A DNA stretch of 64,000 nt from a virus (Duplodnaviria; Caudoviricetes), in the IMG/VR virus record IMGVR_UViG_3300028886_001681, positions 96,259 to 160,258 of that record. One strand, 5' to 3'. The position numbers were made by a program, and so were the translations under genes. Below are positions 10,096-20,559 of this stretch, one piece after another. The notes under the pieces were generated by a model. The model searched no databases. It saw only the letters and a list, made by a program, of their open reading frames with translations, and was not told the origin of the DNA. How positions within the stretch are numbered: the first letter of the stretch is position 1; every line of letters begins with the position of its first letter.

Positions 10096-11540
10096 TGTCC
10101 GAACATCTCCTCATAAACGCTCTCAGAGTATTCATTATTTTTTACATAATTCAAACTTTCTTCAGTAGCGTGAATATCTTTCATTTGAATAGGTTTTGCT
10201 AACCCGAAATCCTTGATAGAACGGAATCTACTTAAAGCAACATACAAACCATTATCTGGAACCCAATTACCATAGTCTATATATGCTCTTGCAAGTGTAA
10301 GTCCCTGTGTCTTATGTATAGTAGACGCACTACAAACTTTAATCGGTATGTTATCATATGAACCTACAATCTTACTCTTTACAACCGTATGTCCATTTTC
10401 TTCTACGAGTTCATATTCATAATTATTTATAACCGCCCTTTCAACTTTAACTTCTCTATCACCTAAATCGACAATAGCGTAATCATCGTTACAAGAAATC
10501 AGTGTTCCCATACTACCGTTATAATAATCACGAATTCCTTCTCCATTAATCGAAGCGTTTCTCGTTATCATTATCGGGCAACCAATCTTCACCCAAATCT
10601 TTTCAGCGTAAAATCCGTTCTTAAATTCAGCGGTTTCCCTAAATGTTCCTGTAATTTTTGCAGTTAAACAAATGAACTTTCCATCGATAGCGTCCAAAGC
10701 AATCTGATTATATTTCTGTACATCTTTATTAGTAGACACAATTCTCAAGAAAGATTCATTCTGCATAATATAATCTTCTTCACTCATGACACGCTGATTA
10801 AGCCAGTCCAAATCATCTTGAGTCTGTTCACATACACGAATTCTGTTCAAAACATCCTTAAATCTCTCATCGGTATCGTTCTGACGATATATTTTTGTAA
10901 GCAAGAATGTGGCAAATCCCATATCTCTAAATGCAAATGAAGAAAAGAATTCTACATTTCCATTGTAGTTTATCATATAATAATCTTTTACTTGTGGGTC
11001 GTCCATTTTTACAACACATTGAAGTTGCAAGCAGTCTCCGAACAAAATAACTCTTGTTGGTTTTCCTCTTCGACATACACGAATAATGGACATTATATAA
11101 TCGAACATATCACAACTGACCATAGAAACTTCATCAAAAATAAAGCAATCAATGTTTCCAATCAAATCTTTTTGTGAATAAGAAGAGTTTGTAAATGCAC
11201 CGAAAATGTCAGTTGGTTTTAATTTAAATAAACTGTGAATTGTAGTAGCACCAAGATTACTTCCGTTATTCAACAAAGCACTTGCGACACCTGTAGAAGA
11301 AGCAATTGCAACATTCATTCTCTTGTTTTCAACATCGTCAGAAAACATACAATTAATGATTTTAAGTAATGTACTTTTACCACTTCCTGCATTTCCTTGT
11401 ATGCTTACTTTGGCATTATCATTTTCTCTTATATATTTCAGAATTTCCATGTATTTGTCTGAAAATTCAATACCGTCAAAATGTTCCTTCAATTCTTCGA
11501 TAGATTTCATTTTGTTCTTCCATTTATAAAAAATCCGCAA
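10092..11540 (-). CDS. PIF1/RecD-like SF1B helicase
   Basis: GNAGSGKS, TIHSLF, DEVSM, GDCLQL, YRQ, TIHKTQGLT, YVALSR. Confidence 0.9.
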   Translation of the reverse strand: MRIFYKWKNKMKSIEELKEHFDGIEFSDKYMEILKYIRENDNAKVSIQGNAGSGKSTLLKIINCMFSDDVENKRMNVAIASSTGVASALLNNGSNLGATTIHSLFKLKPTDIFGAFTNSSYSQKDLIGNIDCFIFDEVSMVSCDMFDYIMSIIRVCRRGKPTRVILFGDCLQLQCVVKMDDPQVKDYYMINYNGNVEFFSSFAFRDMGFATFLLTKIYRQNDTDERFKDVLNRIRVCEQTQDDLDWLNQRVMSEEDYIMQNESFLRIVSTNKDVQKYNQIALDAIDGKFICLTAKITGTFRETAEFKNGFYAEKIWVKIGCPIMITRNASINGEGIRDYYNGSMGTLISCNDDYAIVDLGDREVKVERAVINNYEYELVEENGHTVVKSKIVGSYDNIPIKVCSASTIHKTQGLTLARAYIDYGNWVPDNGLYVALSRFRSIKDFGLAKPIQMKDIHATEESLNYVKNNEYSESVYEEMFGQ

Positions 11541-11598
11541 GAAAAACTCTCGCGGATTGTAGTTTACAGACTTTCGTTAGATTTGTCTAGCCTTTTTC

Positions 11599-12264
11599 TT
11601 AAAATTGTTCAGTTACTTCTCTAATAGCGTCTGTGATGAACTCTTCCAAATCATCGGCATCTTCCTGCAAAAGAACAGTATTAGACTTGTAATCTTTTAC
11701 TAAAGCATGTCCATATTCATCTTGTACTGTCATAGAAACTGTAAGTTCAATTCCTTCATCAGTTTCCTCAAGTTCACAATAAACATCAGTGTACAAATCT
11801 GTTCCTTCCATATCCATTTCGTATTCTGAAAGTTCTTCGGCTAAATCACTTGCTCCCATATCATACAAATCATTATAATTCAACTTTTCATCATCTTTAT
11901 CTGTAATTCCAAGTTCAATAAGTTCATCTTTGTTTTCATCCCAAAGTCTTTCTCTTGCCGATTCCATGTTCATATCAATAATATCATCGATGAGTTTTGC
12001 AGTCTTTTTATTACTTGGTCTTTCTCCACTAGACCAAAAATATGTAGGAAGTGTGATATAATCTATATCAACATTACCATTAGAAGTGATTCTTGCACGA
12101 CCTTTGTTGTCATAAAGAATCATTCCATCACGCACATCAAACAAATCAGAATTATACGATTCAGGGTTTTCCAAGATACTCACGATTGTATCTCTTACCA
12201 ACTGTTCAAATCCTACTGTACGATATTCTTTTAATGATTTTTTGCTTTCCATAATTTCCTCCAA
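11599..12264 (-). CDS. Acidic protein with N-terminal ESKKSLKE motif (putative internal head protein)
   Basis: Very acidic; motif shared with several other ORFs. Confidence 0.55.
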   Translation of the reverse strand: MEEIMESKKSLKEYRTVGFEQLVRDTIVSILENPESYNSDLFDVRDGMILYDNKGRARITSNGNVDIDYITLPTYFWSSGERPSNKKTAKLIDDIIDMNMESARERLWDENKDELIELGITDKDDEKLNYNDLYDMGASDLAEELSEYEMDMEGTDLYTDVYCELEETDEGIELTVSMTVQDEYGHALVKDYKSNTVLLQEDADDLEEFITDAIREVTEQF

Positions 12265-12265
12265 A

Positions 12266-13498
12266 TTACATTAAATCAAATCCTATTTCTTTGGCGTCCT
12301 CGAAAGAAACATCGTGAACTCCGACTTCATAAATGTGGGCGCTCAAACGAGCGTTGTAAAGGATAATTTCGTCTTTCTTCCAAGCCTCGATTTCGTCCTT
12401 TGTCGGCTCGTCGCCGTTCTTGTTCTGCATGCAATCAGATACTATTTCAGAATATCCGTTGTGGTCGCCGAACATATAGTCCTTGGGGTCATCGGAGAAT
12501 CCGAAATAAGAGAATTCCTTCATCAATTCCTTGAGCGTGTACTTCTTGTTCATGCCCAAATCATAAGCGTTGACGAACTTTCCTTCGCCATCCTCATAAG
12601 AATCCTCGTAAACGGAAATGTCGCCTTCAACCGCAAACAAAGTGTCCTTGTCCAAGGCTTCCTTCAATGATTTCTTGCCTTCATTGAGTTTTTCGTATCC
12701 GTCCTTTTTCAATATTTTTTCGAGTTCATAATCTCCCAAATGGGCGGTGTCTCCCTTTTTGCTTCCGAAAGCGTCGTCATCCAACAACTCAAACTCGATA
12801 GTTTCGTAAGTGTCTCCATCATATTTTTCTTTGCCGATGATTTTGATTCTTAATCCGTCTTTGTTGGCGAATACATCTCCGATTTTAAAAGACATTTTCT
12901 TTTCCGTGATTTTCTTTCCTTCCTCGAACAAGTAATCCTTCCAATTCTCGTCGTTAAACAACACATAGTCAGGATTCGCGTCAATCACATCTTGGGTGAA
13001 GAAAACGGTGTCGCCGTAGTTCTCCTCCGCATAGTCCAACGCGTCTTCCATAGTGTCGAATTCTTCAAGCAACACATAAGGTTTTTTGAGTTCGTGTCCG
13101 GTGATAAACAACTCGTAGTAGCCAGCGTACAGATAATATTTCTTCAATTTCTTCGCCATAACTTTATTCTCCTTTTTAGATTCATTATAATCACTAGTGT
13201 TCGGAAACGAAATTGTTATCTGCTTCGCATTCCAATCAATCTTTGTTCCGAAATCCATGTTGTGGAACAACACTCCGTTTTCGCTAAAGAGATAGTCGTC
13301 CAAGTCTCCGCTCTTGACCTTCTTCAAGTCCTTTCCTTCGCATTGAAATGTGTATTTCACATCCAATCCCTTTCCGAGTCCGTTGTCCGTTATTTTGACA
13401 TCAAATCCTTTTTCGTCAAAGAAAGACTCAATGTCTTTTTGAATCAAATCGGCGGTCAAAATGTCGTATTTTATGCCTTTTTCAACTAGTCTTTTCAT
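12266..13498 (-). CDS. Multi-domain acidic protein with EGKKSLKE-type linkers (putative internal head polyprotein)
   Basis: NESKKE, EEGKKITE and NEGKKSLKE linkers; TAACTAT upstream near 13528-13534. Confidence 0.55.
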   Translation of the reverse strand: MKRLVEKGIKYDILTADLIQKDIESFFDEKGFDVKITDNGLGKGLDVKYTFQCEGKDLKKVKSGDLDDYLFSENGVLFHNMDFGTKIDWNAKQITISFPNTSDYNESKKENKVMAKKLKKYYLYAGYYELFITGHELKKPYVLLEEFDTMEDALDYAEENYGDTVFFTQDVIDANPDYVLFNDENWKDYLFEEGKKITEKKMSFKIGDVFANKDGLRIKIIGKEKYDGDTYETIEFELLDDDAFGSKKGDTAHLGDYELEKILKKDGYEKLNEGKKSLKEALDKDTLFAVEGDISVYEDSYEDGEGKFVNAYDLGMNKKYTLKELMKEFSYFGFSDDPKDYMFGDHNGYSEIVSDCMQNKNGDEPTKDEIEAWKKDEIILYNARLSAHIYEVGVHDVSFEDAKEIGFDLM

Positions 13499-13531
13499 AA
13501 AAACCTCAAAGAAATTATTTTTATAAAATAG

Positions 13532-13921
13532 TTAAATGTTTCCCTTTAAAATTTCGTTCATCGCTCTTTTCTTCAAGAATTCCTCATTTTGAATCTTCGT
13601 CAGTTCCGCTCGGTCTTTGGAATTCATGTCTGAAACGAAAAGCCAAGAGGCCTCCTCGTCGTAATGGACTTTCTTGTTGAAGTCGGACAAAAAGACCTTG
13701 TGATTGTCCACTTCGTCCATTCTATCCTTCAAGCCCACGGAAACTTCTTCCTCGTACTTGAACAAAAAGTTGTTGAATTCTTGGATTAACGCGAACAAAA
13801 GGGCGTAGTTCTCCAATTCCTTGCTTTTATCCTCGTTCTTGGCCTTCGAAACCGCGAAATTGAAGGCTTTTTCAAATTCTCGCTTCGCTCCGTAAAATGT
13901 TTTCGGCAATTCCTTTTCCAT
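13532..13921 (-). CDS. Hypothetical protein
   Basis: GGAGG SD, 129 aa. Confidence 0.6.
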   Translation of the reverse strand: MEKELPKTFYGAKREFEKAFNFAVSKAKNEDKSKELENYALLFALIQEFNNFLFKYEEEVSVGLKDRMDEVDNHKVFLSDFNKKVHYDEEASWLFVSDMNSKDRAELTKIQNEEFLKKRAMNEILKGNI

Positions 13922-13971
13922 GTGATTCCTCCATATTAAAAATCCGCTCGCCTTTAGAGCGGATTAAAAAA

Positions 13972-14175
13972 TCATTTCTTTTCTTCCAAATTCTTTTGGA
14001 TTTCATCGGTCTTGTTCTCGTTGGGAACGATTCCGAAGTCCGTTTCGTTCTGTGGTTCGCTCGGAGTTTCGTTCACAGTCTCTTTCTCTCCGTCAGAGGC
14101 GATTACCAACTCGGTTCCTTCCTCCAAGATTTGGCCTTCCAAAATATAGGGCTTCGTCAACTTTATAGTTTTCAT
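13972..14175 (-). CDS. Small acidic protein with N-terminal motif shared with scaffold-like protein
   Basis: MKTIKLTKPYILEGQILEEGTELVI; own TAACTAT upstream and hairpin terminator downstream. Confidence 0.6.
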   Translation of the reverse strand: MKTIKLTKPYILEGQILEEGTELVIASDGEKETVNETPSEPQNETDFGIVPNENKTDEIQKNLEEKK

Positions 14176-14229
14176 CCTTTTCCTCCATAAATTAAAAAAT
14201 CGTCCGTTTCAAGCGGACGATTAAAATAG

Positions 14230-14694
14230 TTAAGATTCCGTCTTTTTCTTCACGACAATCACTCGCTTTTTCTCTCCACTAGAAGAAATCGGTTGGGATT
14301 GACCTAGTGAATGCAATTTGTCCAATTGTTGTTGAAGTTGAACTGCCTTGCTTCCAAGTTCGGAGTTCTTCTCCCTAAACTTGTCCAACTTGGCGGATTG
14401 AATTTTAGCCTCTTCAAGCAATCTTTCGATTTCCTTGTCCTTTTCCTTGATTACCTTGTTCAAATGGGGAATTGAATTTTCAGCCTTGGTCGCCCTTTTT
14501 TTCAAAGCGTGAATATATTCCATTCCGTTTCTCTGCAAAATGACCCCAAGAAGAAACAACTTTTGCTCGTCGTTGAAGTTTTCCTCGGACACGATTTTGT
14601 TGATTGATTCCATCACCTTTCTTGTGTCAATGATGTTTTCACCCAAGCATTCCAAATATTCATCGTATCGCTTTTGAATTTTCAAATCTCCCAT
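14230..14694 (-). CDS. Coiled-coil protein
   Basis: Heptad-rich C-terminal half, GGAGG SD. Confidence 0.55.
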   Translation of the reverse strand: MGDLKIQKRYDEYLECLGENIIDTRKVMESINKIVSEENFNDEQKLFLLGVILQRNGMEYIHALKKRATKAENSIPHLNKVIKEKDKEIERLLEEAKIQSAKLDKFREKNSELGSKAVQLQQQLDKLHSLGQSQPISSSGEKKRVIVVKKKTES

Positions 14695-14708
14695 TTCATC
14701 CTCCGAAT

Positions 14709-15035
14709 TTATCCGTTCTTGACCGCATTCTCAATCTTTTCAGAAAATTTGGTCAAGATTTTTTCAATTGACTTCAAGAATGTTTCATAGCCAAACACTG
14801 AAAAACCGAAAAGGCTAGCCTCCACGAAAATCATCAAGAACCAATCGATTTTGAAGATGAATTTTAAGGCCACCGAAAATCCACAAGAAAAAAGGAACGG
14901 AAGCCAAACTTTGTAGCCCTTCAAGATATCCTTCTTATCGAACTTTTTCACGATTTCAGTGAACATTATTACGCATAAAATAGAAACGATGTAAAGAACC
15001 GAAAACAACTTTGCGTTTTGCATTAAATATTCCAT
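14709..15035 (-). CDS. Three-TM membrane protein (holin-like)
   Basis: Three hydrophobic helices, charged C-terminus; likely start MEYL after GGAGG. Confidence 0.45.
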   Translation of the reverse strand: MEYLMQNAKLFSVLYIVSILCVIMFTEIVKKFDKKDILKGYKVWLPFLFSCGFSVALKFIFKIDWFLMIFVEASLFGFSVFGYETFLKSIEKILTKFSEKIENAVKNG

Positions 15036-15100
15036 AAATCCTCCGATAACACAAAACTCCCTCGATTGCAAAACCGAGGGAGTTAATGTTTAATTAAAAA

Positions 15101-16477
15101 TCAACCAAAAATGCTACCGCACTTGGGGCATGATGTGAAAGCGTCCGCTATAGTGCAAGAGCAAGGGCATTCTGCCAAATCAGTTCCTTCCTTGAAAGTC
15201 AATTCTTCTTTTTCGGAATCATACCCTGTAATTAAGGTTCTCTCTTCTTCCGTCAATTTGTCGATGTAAGGGAACACCGATTTCAACGCGAGGGCGTCAA
15301 ACTTGGCGGTCTTCACAACCTTCTTCGCTACAGTGGGAGTTGGCTCTTCCACTTCACTAGGAAGTTCGCTAGACATTTCGCTCTCAACTTCAATTTGCTC
15401 TTCCGCAACTTCTTCCTTCGGCTCTTTAGCGACCGCAGTTTCGTTAGAAGCAGTCTCTCCGTTCTTCGCCTTGAGTTCGGCAAGTTCCTTTTCCTTCCAT
15501 TCTACGAAAGCGTTGTAAAGGATAGGTTCTCCGTTGTTAAAGTCCATGTCTGTTTGTTTTATTAGGCGAGAAAATTTGCTCAAGAAGAATCCGCAATTTG
15601 TTGCCCTAGAAATAAAAGGCAAGTCCTCCAACTTGTACATCTCGTAATTTTCCTCTTCGTCGGTCAAATACTCCATTGTGACTTTCGAGGGGTCAAGTCC
15701 AAGATTGCTAATGGCGGTCTTCTGCTCAGGCGTCAAAATGGTGAGGTAAGAGTCGCCCTTCTTTTCCTTCAATCGCATGGCAACGATGTCGAATTGGTCA
15801 TACATTCTGTTCAATTCTGTGCACTTGATGTCGAACACTTCGTTATAGAAAGACGGTTTAACTCCGTATGTGAAGTATGTCCTCATCTCTCCGTCAACTT
15901 CCTTTGATGTGGAGTCCCAACACAAAATTTTCGTGTGTTTGTTTTCCTTGCACCAATCATCCGTCTTGTCGATGCAGTTGAACAAGTAGTATGTGTCAGG
16001 TTGCATTCCTTTCTCGATGGCCGTGCACTTTTCCTTCGGCTTTCCGTTTCTCATGAATCTCTCGAAAGACGGCTTGCCGACATTGTCGTAAGTGCGAGTC
16101 TTAGTTTCCTTGTCGTACTTGTATTTTCCGATGATTGTGCGGAACAGTCTGTTGATTGGATGCTCTCGGTCGTCGGACAAAATGACCGTAGCCCAATGTC
16201 CTTCGTCGTCCACGCACATCGAGCGCTTGACGATGATTGGGTCTGTCGGTTTCTCTCTCATCAACGGTGAATTTCCCATAAGTCGAAGAATCTTTGGTTT
16301 GTCCTTATTTAGGACGCACGCCTTAAATTCAGGCAAGTCTTCTTTTGGGAACGAACTGTGCGAAGCCTTCTCCGCTTCAGCCTTTGCCTTCGCTTGTTGG
16401 AATTTCAACAAACGTTCCTTCGCTTTCTGCTCAGGTGACATCTCTTCCATAATCACTTCTCCTCGTCCGTTATTCAC
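15101..16477 (-). CDS. Probable single-stranded DNA-binding protein (gp32-like) with acidic tail and C-terminal Zn ribbon
   Basis: Size, KILRLM and YYLFNCID segments, acidic linker, CPC..C/CPKC; family call is inference. Confidence 0.4.
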   Translation of the reverse strand: MNNGRGEVIMEEMSPEQKAKERLLKFQQAKAKAEAEKASHSSFPKEDLPEFKACVLNKDKPKILRLMGNSPLMREKPTDPIIVKRSMCVDDEGHWATVILSDDREHPINRLFRTIIGKYKYDKETKTRTYDNVGKPSFERFMRNGKPKEKCTAIEKGMQPDTYYLFNCIDKTDDWCKENKHTKILCWDSTSKEVDGEMRTYFTYGVKPSFYNEVFDIKCTELNRMYDQFDIVAMRLKEKKGDSYLTILTPEQKTAISNLGLDPSKVTMEYLTDEEENYEMYKLEDLPFISRATNCGFFLSKFSRLIKQTDMDFNNGEPILYNAFVEWKEKELAELKAKNGETASNETAVAKEPKEEVAEEQIEVESEMSSELPSEVEEPTPTVAKKVVKTAKFDALALKSVFPYIDKLTEEERTLITGYDSEKEELTFKEGTDLAECPCSCTIADAFTSCPKCGSIFG

Positions 16478-16584
16478 GGCACTATAAAAGGTAATTTATT
16501 TTTCGCTCTACGAGCAAACTCTAATTAAAGAGTGTATAACATAGTTAAATATTTTTGTCAACAAAATTTGAAAAATATTTCAAA

Positions 16585-17013
16585 TTATTTCGACCCTGTG
16601 CTTCCACAACCCCCTCGATTTTCGTTACCCAAAACATCGACAGTTTCAAACTCAATCAGAGGCATTTTCTCCACCAACCTAAATTGGCAAATTCTGTCGT
16701 TTTTCTCAATCACTTCGTCTCTAGTTGCGTAAATCGGCATGAACCACCAGTCATCGTCGCCTTTATAACTTTCATCAATTACACCCATATGGTTGGTTTG
16801 GATTATTCCCCACTTCTTGAAAGTAGACGACCTAGGAACGACATGGGCTTCGTAGCCTTGGGGAAGTTCCATAGCCACTCCGAGAGGAATCAACTTGAAA
16901 TCGCCCTTCTTCAACTCGACTCTTTCCGCGCTATGCAAGTCAATCCAGTCGCCTTTTTCTATCTTTTCAAGATGTGCGATTGAATCGTTAAGATATTTAA
17001 TTTTGATTTTCAT
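16585..17013 (-). CDS. dut: Trimeric dUTPase
   Basis: [20 protein letters not shown] and RGGCGSTG motifs. Confidence 0.92.
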   Translation of the reverse strand: MKIKIKYLNDSIAHLEKIEKGDWIDLHSAERVELKKGDFKLIPLGVAMELPQGYEAHVVPRSSTFKKWGIIQTNHMGVIDESYKGDDDWWFMPIYATRDEVIEKNDRICQFRLVEKMPLIEFETVDVLGNENRGGCGSTGSK

Positions 17014-17029
17014 TCATTTCCTCCATATT

Positions 17030-17338
17030 TTATCCGCAATATTCGTTATCATACCATATCCCGTCACTCAATTCAAACAATCTAGCAATTTGAACGCAAT
17101 CGGAATTTCCGTAGCCTTTCTTCAACTCCGACAAAAATTCATCATATGAGATGTTCGGTTTGCCATAAATCTCTTCGTTTTTAATAAAATCGTTATAAGC
17201 GGATTCATAGTCGTCCGCTATTTTCACGATTTCTTGATTTTCAATCATGCTCTCGAAGTCTTCGTCATATTCATAGCCTTTGAAAATCACCCTCAATTTC
17301 GTCAAATCATTTTCGTTAAATTTCATAATCAACTCCAA
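17030..17338 (-). CDS. Hypothetical acidic protein
   Basis: Co-oriented ORF. Confidence 0.5.
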   Translation of the reverse strand: MELIMKFNENDLTKLRVIFKGYEYDEDFESMIENQEIVKIADDYESAYNDFIKNEEIYGKPNISYDEFLSELKKGYGNSDCVQIARLFELSDGIWYDNEYCG

Positions 17339-18106
17339 ATGTCAAAAGAATCATTCTCCTTGGCTTCGCTCGATTTCCCAATCACAAACAACTTTTCCAC
17401 CGCAACATCCCCTTTCTCTCTGTCAGATTTTTGTAACACCATTCTTTCTTTGCTCCAAACACACTTGAAGTCGGAAGGCATGTAATATTCCGATACGAAC
17501 ACCCAATTGTTCTTTCCTAACTCCTTGCACCAACGATAAAACTTTTCATAATCGAACTTGTTTTCATACTCTTTGGTGTTGTAATACGGAGGGTCGAGAT
17601 AAAACAAAGCGTTTTTAAAATCATTCGGATTATAACTGTCAAACGATTTCGCGTCAAATTCTATTTCTTTTAAAAGTATGGCTTGCTCTTTGGCATTTCT
17701 TAACCTTTCATTGTAAATACATCTTCCGCCTTTGGAATCTCGCCCATACCCGCCTTGGAAATACCTTCCACCAAAACTAGCGAAATAACCGATTCCGCTC
17801 GTATAAACCACAGAATACTTGTTCGTCTTGTTCTTTCTGTTTTCCCTCACATCGGAATAATGTTCAAAAGAACAATCTTGAGGAAAAATATCAAGATTAG
17901 GATTATCTCTCATATATTTTAAGAGTTCAATCAATTCTGAATTTATATCTGAACCAATTCGATTCTTGCATCGAATATGGTCTATCATGTTGCCCCCCCC
18001 CCACGAAAGGCTCGATATATGTTTTAACATGATTTTTGTCTATGCAATTCTGCAAAATCGGCAAAATCCATTTTCTCAACTTCGCCTTGCTTCCTTGGTA
18101 CACCAT
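17329..18106 (-). pseudogene. Dam-like DNA adenine methyltransferase frameshifted in a G10 tract
   Basis: ATG at 18106 gives MVYQGSKAKL...YIEPFV, then 10 G; G9 restores EPFVGGGNM and the frame containing DINSE and LDPPY. Confidence 0.8.
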
Positions 18107-18112
18107 ATATCG

Positions 18113-18946
18113 TTAGTCCTCCCAAATATTCTTCATTTTCTGCTCAATCTCTTCCTTAGTTATGTAGTTCGAGAACTTGTCCTTGAATTCAAACATTCCA
18201 TATCGACACTCGCGCTCAAGCATATCACCGAACAACTCTCCGAACTTGCTAGCCTTTTGCCCCTCCATCGAGTCGTTGGAAATGAACCATGTGCTTTTGC
18301 GAACCACCTCTAGTCGGTCTTTTAGCCAAACAATCAAGAGCCTTTCCTTGTAACCGCTTGCCCACAAACAACATCTGTTTTCCTCGAATTCATCGATTAC
18401 CAAAACATCAACATTTTTGATATAGTCCAACTTTTCCCTCAATTCGTCGTCTCGCTCCGAGTCGTGCAACAAAGAAATCAAGTCCTTGGCGAAGATGTAA
18501 TGAACGCTCTTCCCCTTACAAGCGAGTTTGGCAAGCATCCCTTTCAATGTGTACGATTTTTGAGTTCCTTGCCCTCCCCACACATAGCAGTGAAGGCGGT
18601 CGAATGGCTTATTTGGATTGTCGAACTCGTCCACATATTTGCGTAATTTTTTAATGTTTCCGCCTTCATCCTCGCCTCGATAGTCAGACCAATCGAAATC
18701 CATCAACTTTTTGAAGTCTTCGTAATTCGAGTTCTCGTCCAACAGGCCGCTCTTGCACAAGATGCCGCTAGCCTTGAGTTCGTACTCATATTTCTTTCTG
18801 CAATTGCATTTTGTGGCAATATTACTTGCTATAATAAATCCATTCGAGTCACAGTTATCACATTTATATAAATTAAATTCTCCTAATATTCCCATATAAT
18901 TCTCACATTTGTTAAAAAAATAAACCCTAGTACAAAATAATAGCAA
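18113..18946 (-). CDS. DnaC/IstB-like AAA+ helicase loader
   Basis: N-terminal CxxC...CxC, GGQGTQKS Walker A variant, VLVIDEF, TWFISN. Confidence 0.75.
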   Translation of the reverse strand: MLLFCTRVYFFNKCENYMGILGEFNLYKCDNCDSNGFIIASNIATKCNCRKKYEYELKASGILCKSGLLDENSNYEDFKKLMDFDWSDYRGEDEGGNIKKLRKYVDEFDNPNKPFDRLHCYVWGGQGTQKSYTLKGMLAKLACKGKSVHYIFAKDLISLLHDSERDDELREKLDYIKNVDVLVIDEFEENRCCLWASGYKERLLIVWLKDRLEVVRKSTWFISNDSMEGQKASKFGELFGDMLERECRYGMFEFKDKFSNYITKEEIEQKMKNIWED

Positions 18947-18972
18947 AATATTAAAAATCTGTCAAGCCTTTT

Positions 18973-20277
18973 TTATAAATTTTGAAAATATTTGCTTAAT
19001 TCTTCAACCGCTTTAAGATTATTAACTCTCAATAAAATTATTCCGTTCTTTTTACAATAATCATTTTTGATTTTATCTCGGAATTGATTTGATTTTAAAA
19101 GTTTTTCCATTTCTTCATCAGTCATTTTTCCATTCCAATTTACTTTTTCAAAATGTGGAATACCGTCAGATTCTATACATAAATTATATTTTGGAATATA
19201 AAAATCAAATCTTAATTGTTGTTTATATTTACAACCTTCAAATTTTTTCTGTTCTTCAAATTCTATTTCTTTTTCATTTAAAAATTTCCTAATTGCTTCT
19301 TCGCCTTTATTTTTATTACATTTTCTACAACCTTCCCCAATTAAATGATTGGCAGGTTTTTGTGGAAAATCACCATGTTTCGGACAAGTTATAATTACAT
19401 CAATTCGATTCGTTATATAATTTACTTTAGAATAACCATAAGTTCCAACTCCATGAATTTCGTTCGCTTTTTCGATAAATTCTTCAGTTGTTAATTTTTT
19501 AGTTCCGCCACAAATAGGACATCCGCTACCACCCAAATGATGAGATGGCGTTTGAGGGAATTCATAAAGAATGTTATGATTTGGGCAAATTATAATTACT
19601 TCGGTTCTCATATCAATATAATTTACTTTAGAATAATCATAAGTTCCTTCTCCGTGAACTTCATTTGCTCGCTCTATAAATTCTTCAGTGTTAAATTTAA
19701 GAAGTTCTGATAATTTTTTATATTGACATTTTCTACAACCTTCACCTTTCAAATGATTTAATGGGGTTTGAAGAAAATCACCATGTTTTAGGCAAATTAT
19801 TATCACCTCAGTATTGATATTTATATATTTTACTTTTGAATAATCGTATCTTCCTATACCGTGAATTATATTTGCTCTTTCTATAAATTCTGTTGTCGTT
19901 AATTTTTTACTGCCTCCACAAATAGGACAACCTCGACCGATTAAATGTTTATTCGGTGTTTGTGGAAATGATTCGTGACCTTCAACTCTACAAATGATTT
20001 CCACATGTTTTGATGATTTTATATAAACTACATTAGAATAATCATATCTATTACCATGTTTTCTTAAAGCCTTTCTGATAAAAGTTTTCGTCTTTTCGTC
20101 TTTGTTGGAATATCTTTCGGAAATTATCTTTTCGATTTCCTCCTCCGACAATTTTGAGTATTCAATAATTTGATTTTTCGATTCTACATTTTCGATAGAA
20201 ACGCAATTCTTACAATCACAATTTTCTTGTTTTGATTTGCCTTTGTCATACGACATAATGTGAGTTAATAAATTCAT
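18973..20277 (-). CDS. Zn-ribbon-repeat endonuclease, copy A (4 repeats)
   Basis: Repeats YDYSKV..IIC..H..F.Q.P..HL.G.GCxxC; C-terminal FDFY...CIESDGIPH PD-(D/E)XK/Vsr-like domain. Confidence 0.8.
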   Translation of the reverse strand: MNLLTHIMSYDKGKSKQENCDCKNCVSIENVESKNQIIEYSKLSEEEIEKIISERYSNKDEKTKTFIRKALRKHGNRYDYSNVVYIKSSKHVEIICRVEGHESFPQTPNKHLIGRGCPICGGSKKLTTTEFIERANIIHGIGRYDYSKVKYININTEVIIICLKHGDFLQTPLNHLKGEGCRKCQYKKLSELLKFNTEEFIERANEVHGEGTYDYSKVNYIDMRTEVIIICPNHNILYEFPQTPSHHLGGSGCPICGGTKKLTTEEFIEKANEIHGVGTYGYSKVNYITNRIDVIITCPKHGDFPQKPANHLIGEGCRKCNKNKGEEAIRKFLNEKEIEFEEQKKFEGCKYKQQLRFDFYIPKYNLCIESDGIPHFEKVNWNGKMTDEEMEKLLKSNQFRDKIKNDYCKKNGIILLRVNNLKAVEELSKYFQNL

Positions 20278-20357
20278 AACTCGCCTCCTAATAATTTTAG
20301 TTTTTAAGTCATTGCTAGTGACTGTGCATTAAATAGTTAATGCTCACGTAAATAGTT

Positions 20358-20433
20358 AAAAAAAGATTGAGAGGTTAGATAGAACTAGGAATAATTCTAC
20401 CAATAGGCTAGCAACCTACTGTCCCTTTCAATC
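20358..20433 (-). ncRNA. Predicted three-way-junction small RNA, copy A
   Basis: Outer stem GAUUGAAAGG/CCUCUCAAUC plus U-run; hairpin loop UUGCUAG complementary to leader loop CUAGCAA at 20312-20318. Confidence 0.7.
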
Positions 20434-20559
20434 AATGTGATTATACTAAATTTATTTTATTTTATCTAGCGTGGTTTTTGAATTTGGGATTGCAAACATC
20501 GTTGATTACATCCCAAGCACGTTTCATAATTTTCCTCTCTTAAAAATGTATTTATATAC

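Noticed and set aside
18973-20277. Zn-ribbon nucleases as cognate restriction enzymes of nearby methyltransferases
   Set aside because: Neighbouring MTases differ in class and are not consistently adjacent; the nucleases carry their own conserved leader cassette, which fits independent mobile units better.
20358-20433. Three-way-junction RNAs as tRNAs or plain terminators
   Set aside because: Only two inner arms, no T-loop or CCA; a plain terminator would not explain the copy-specific loop complementarity. No tRNA or rRNA gene was recognised in the window by eye.
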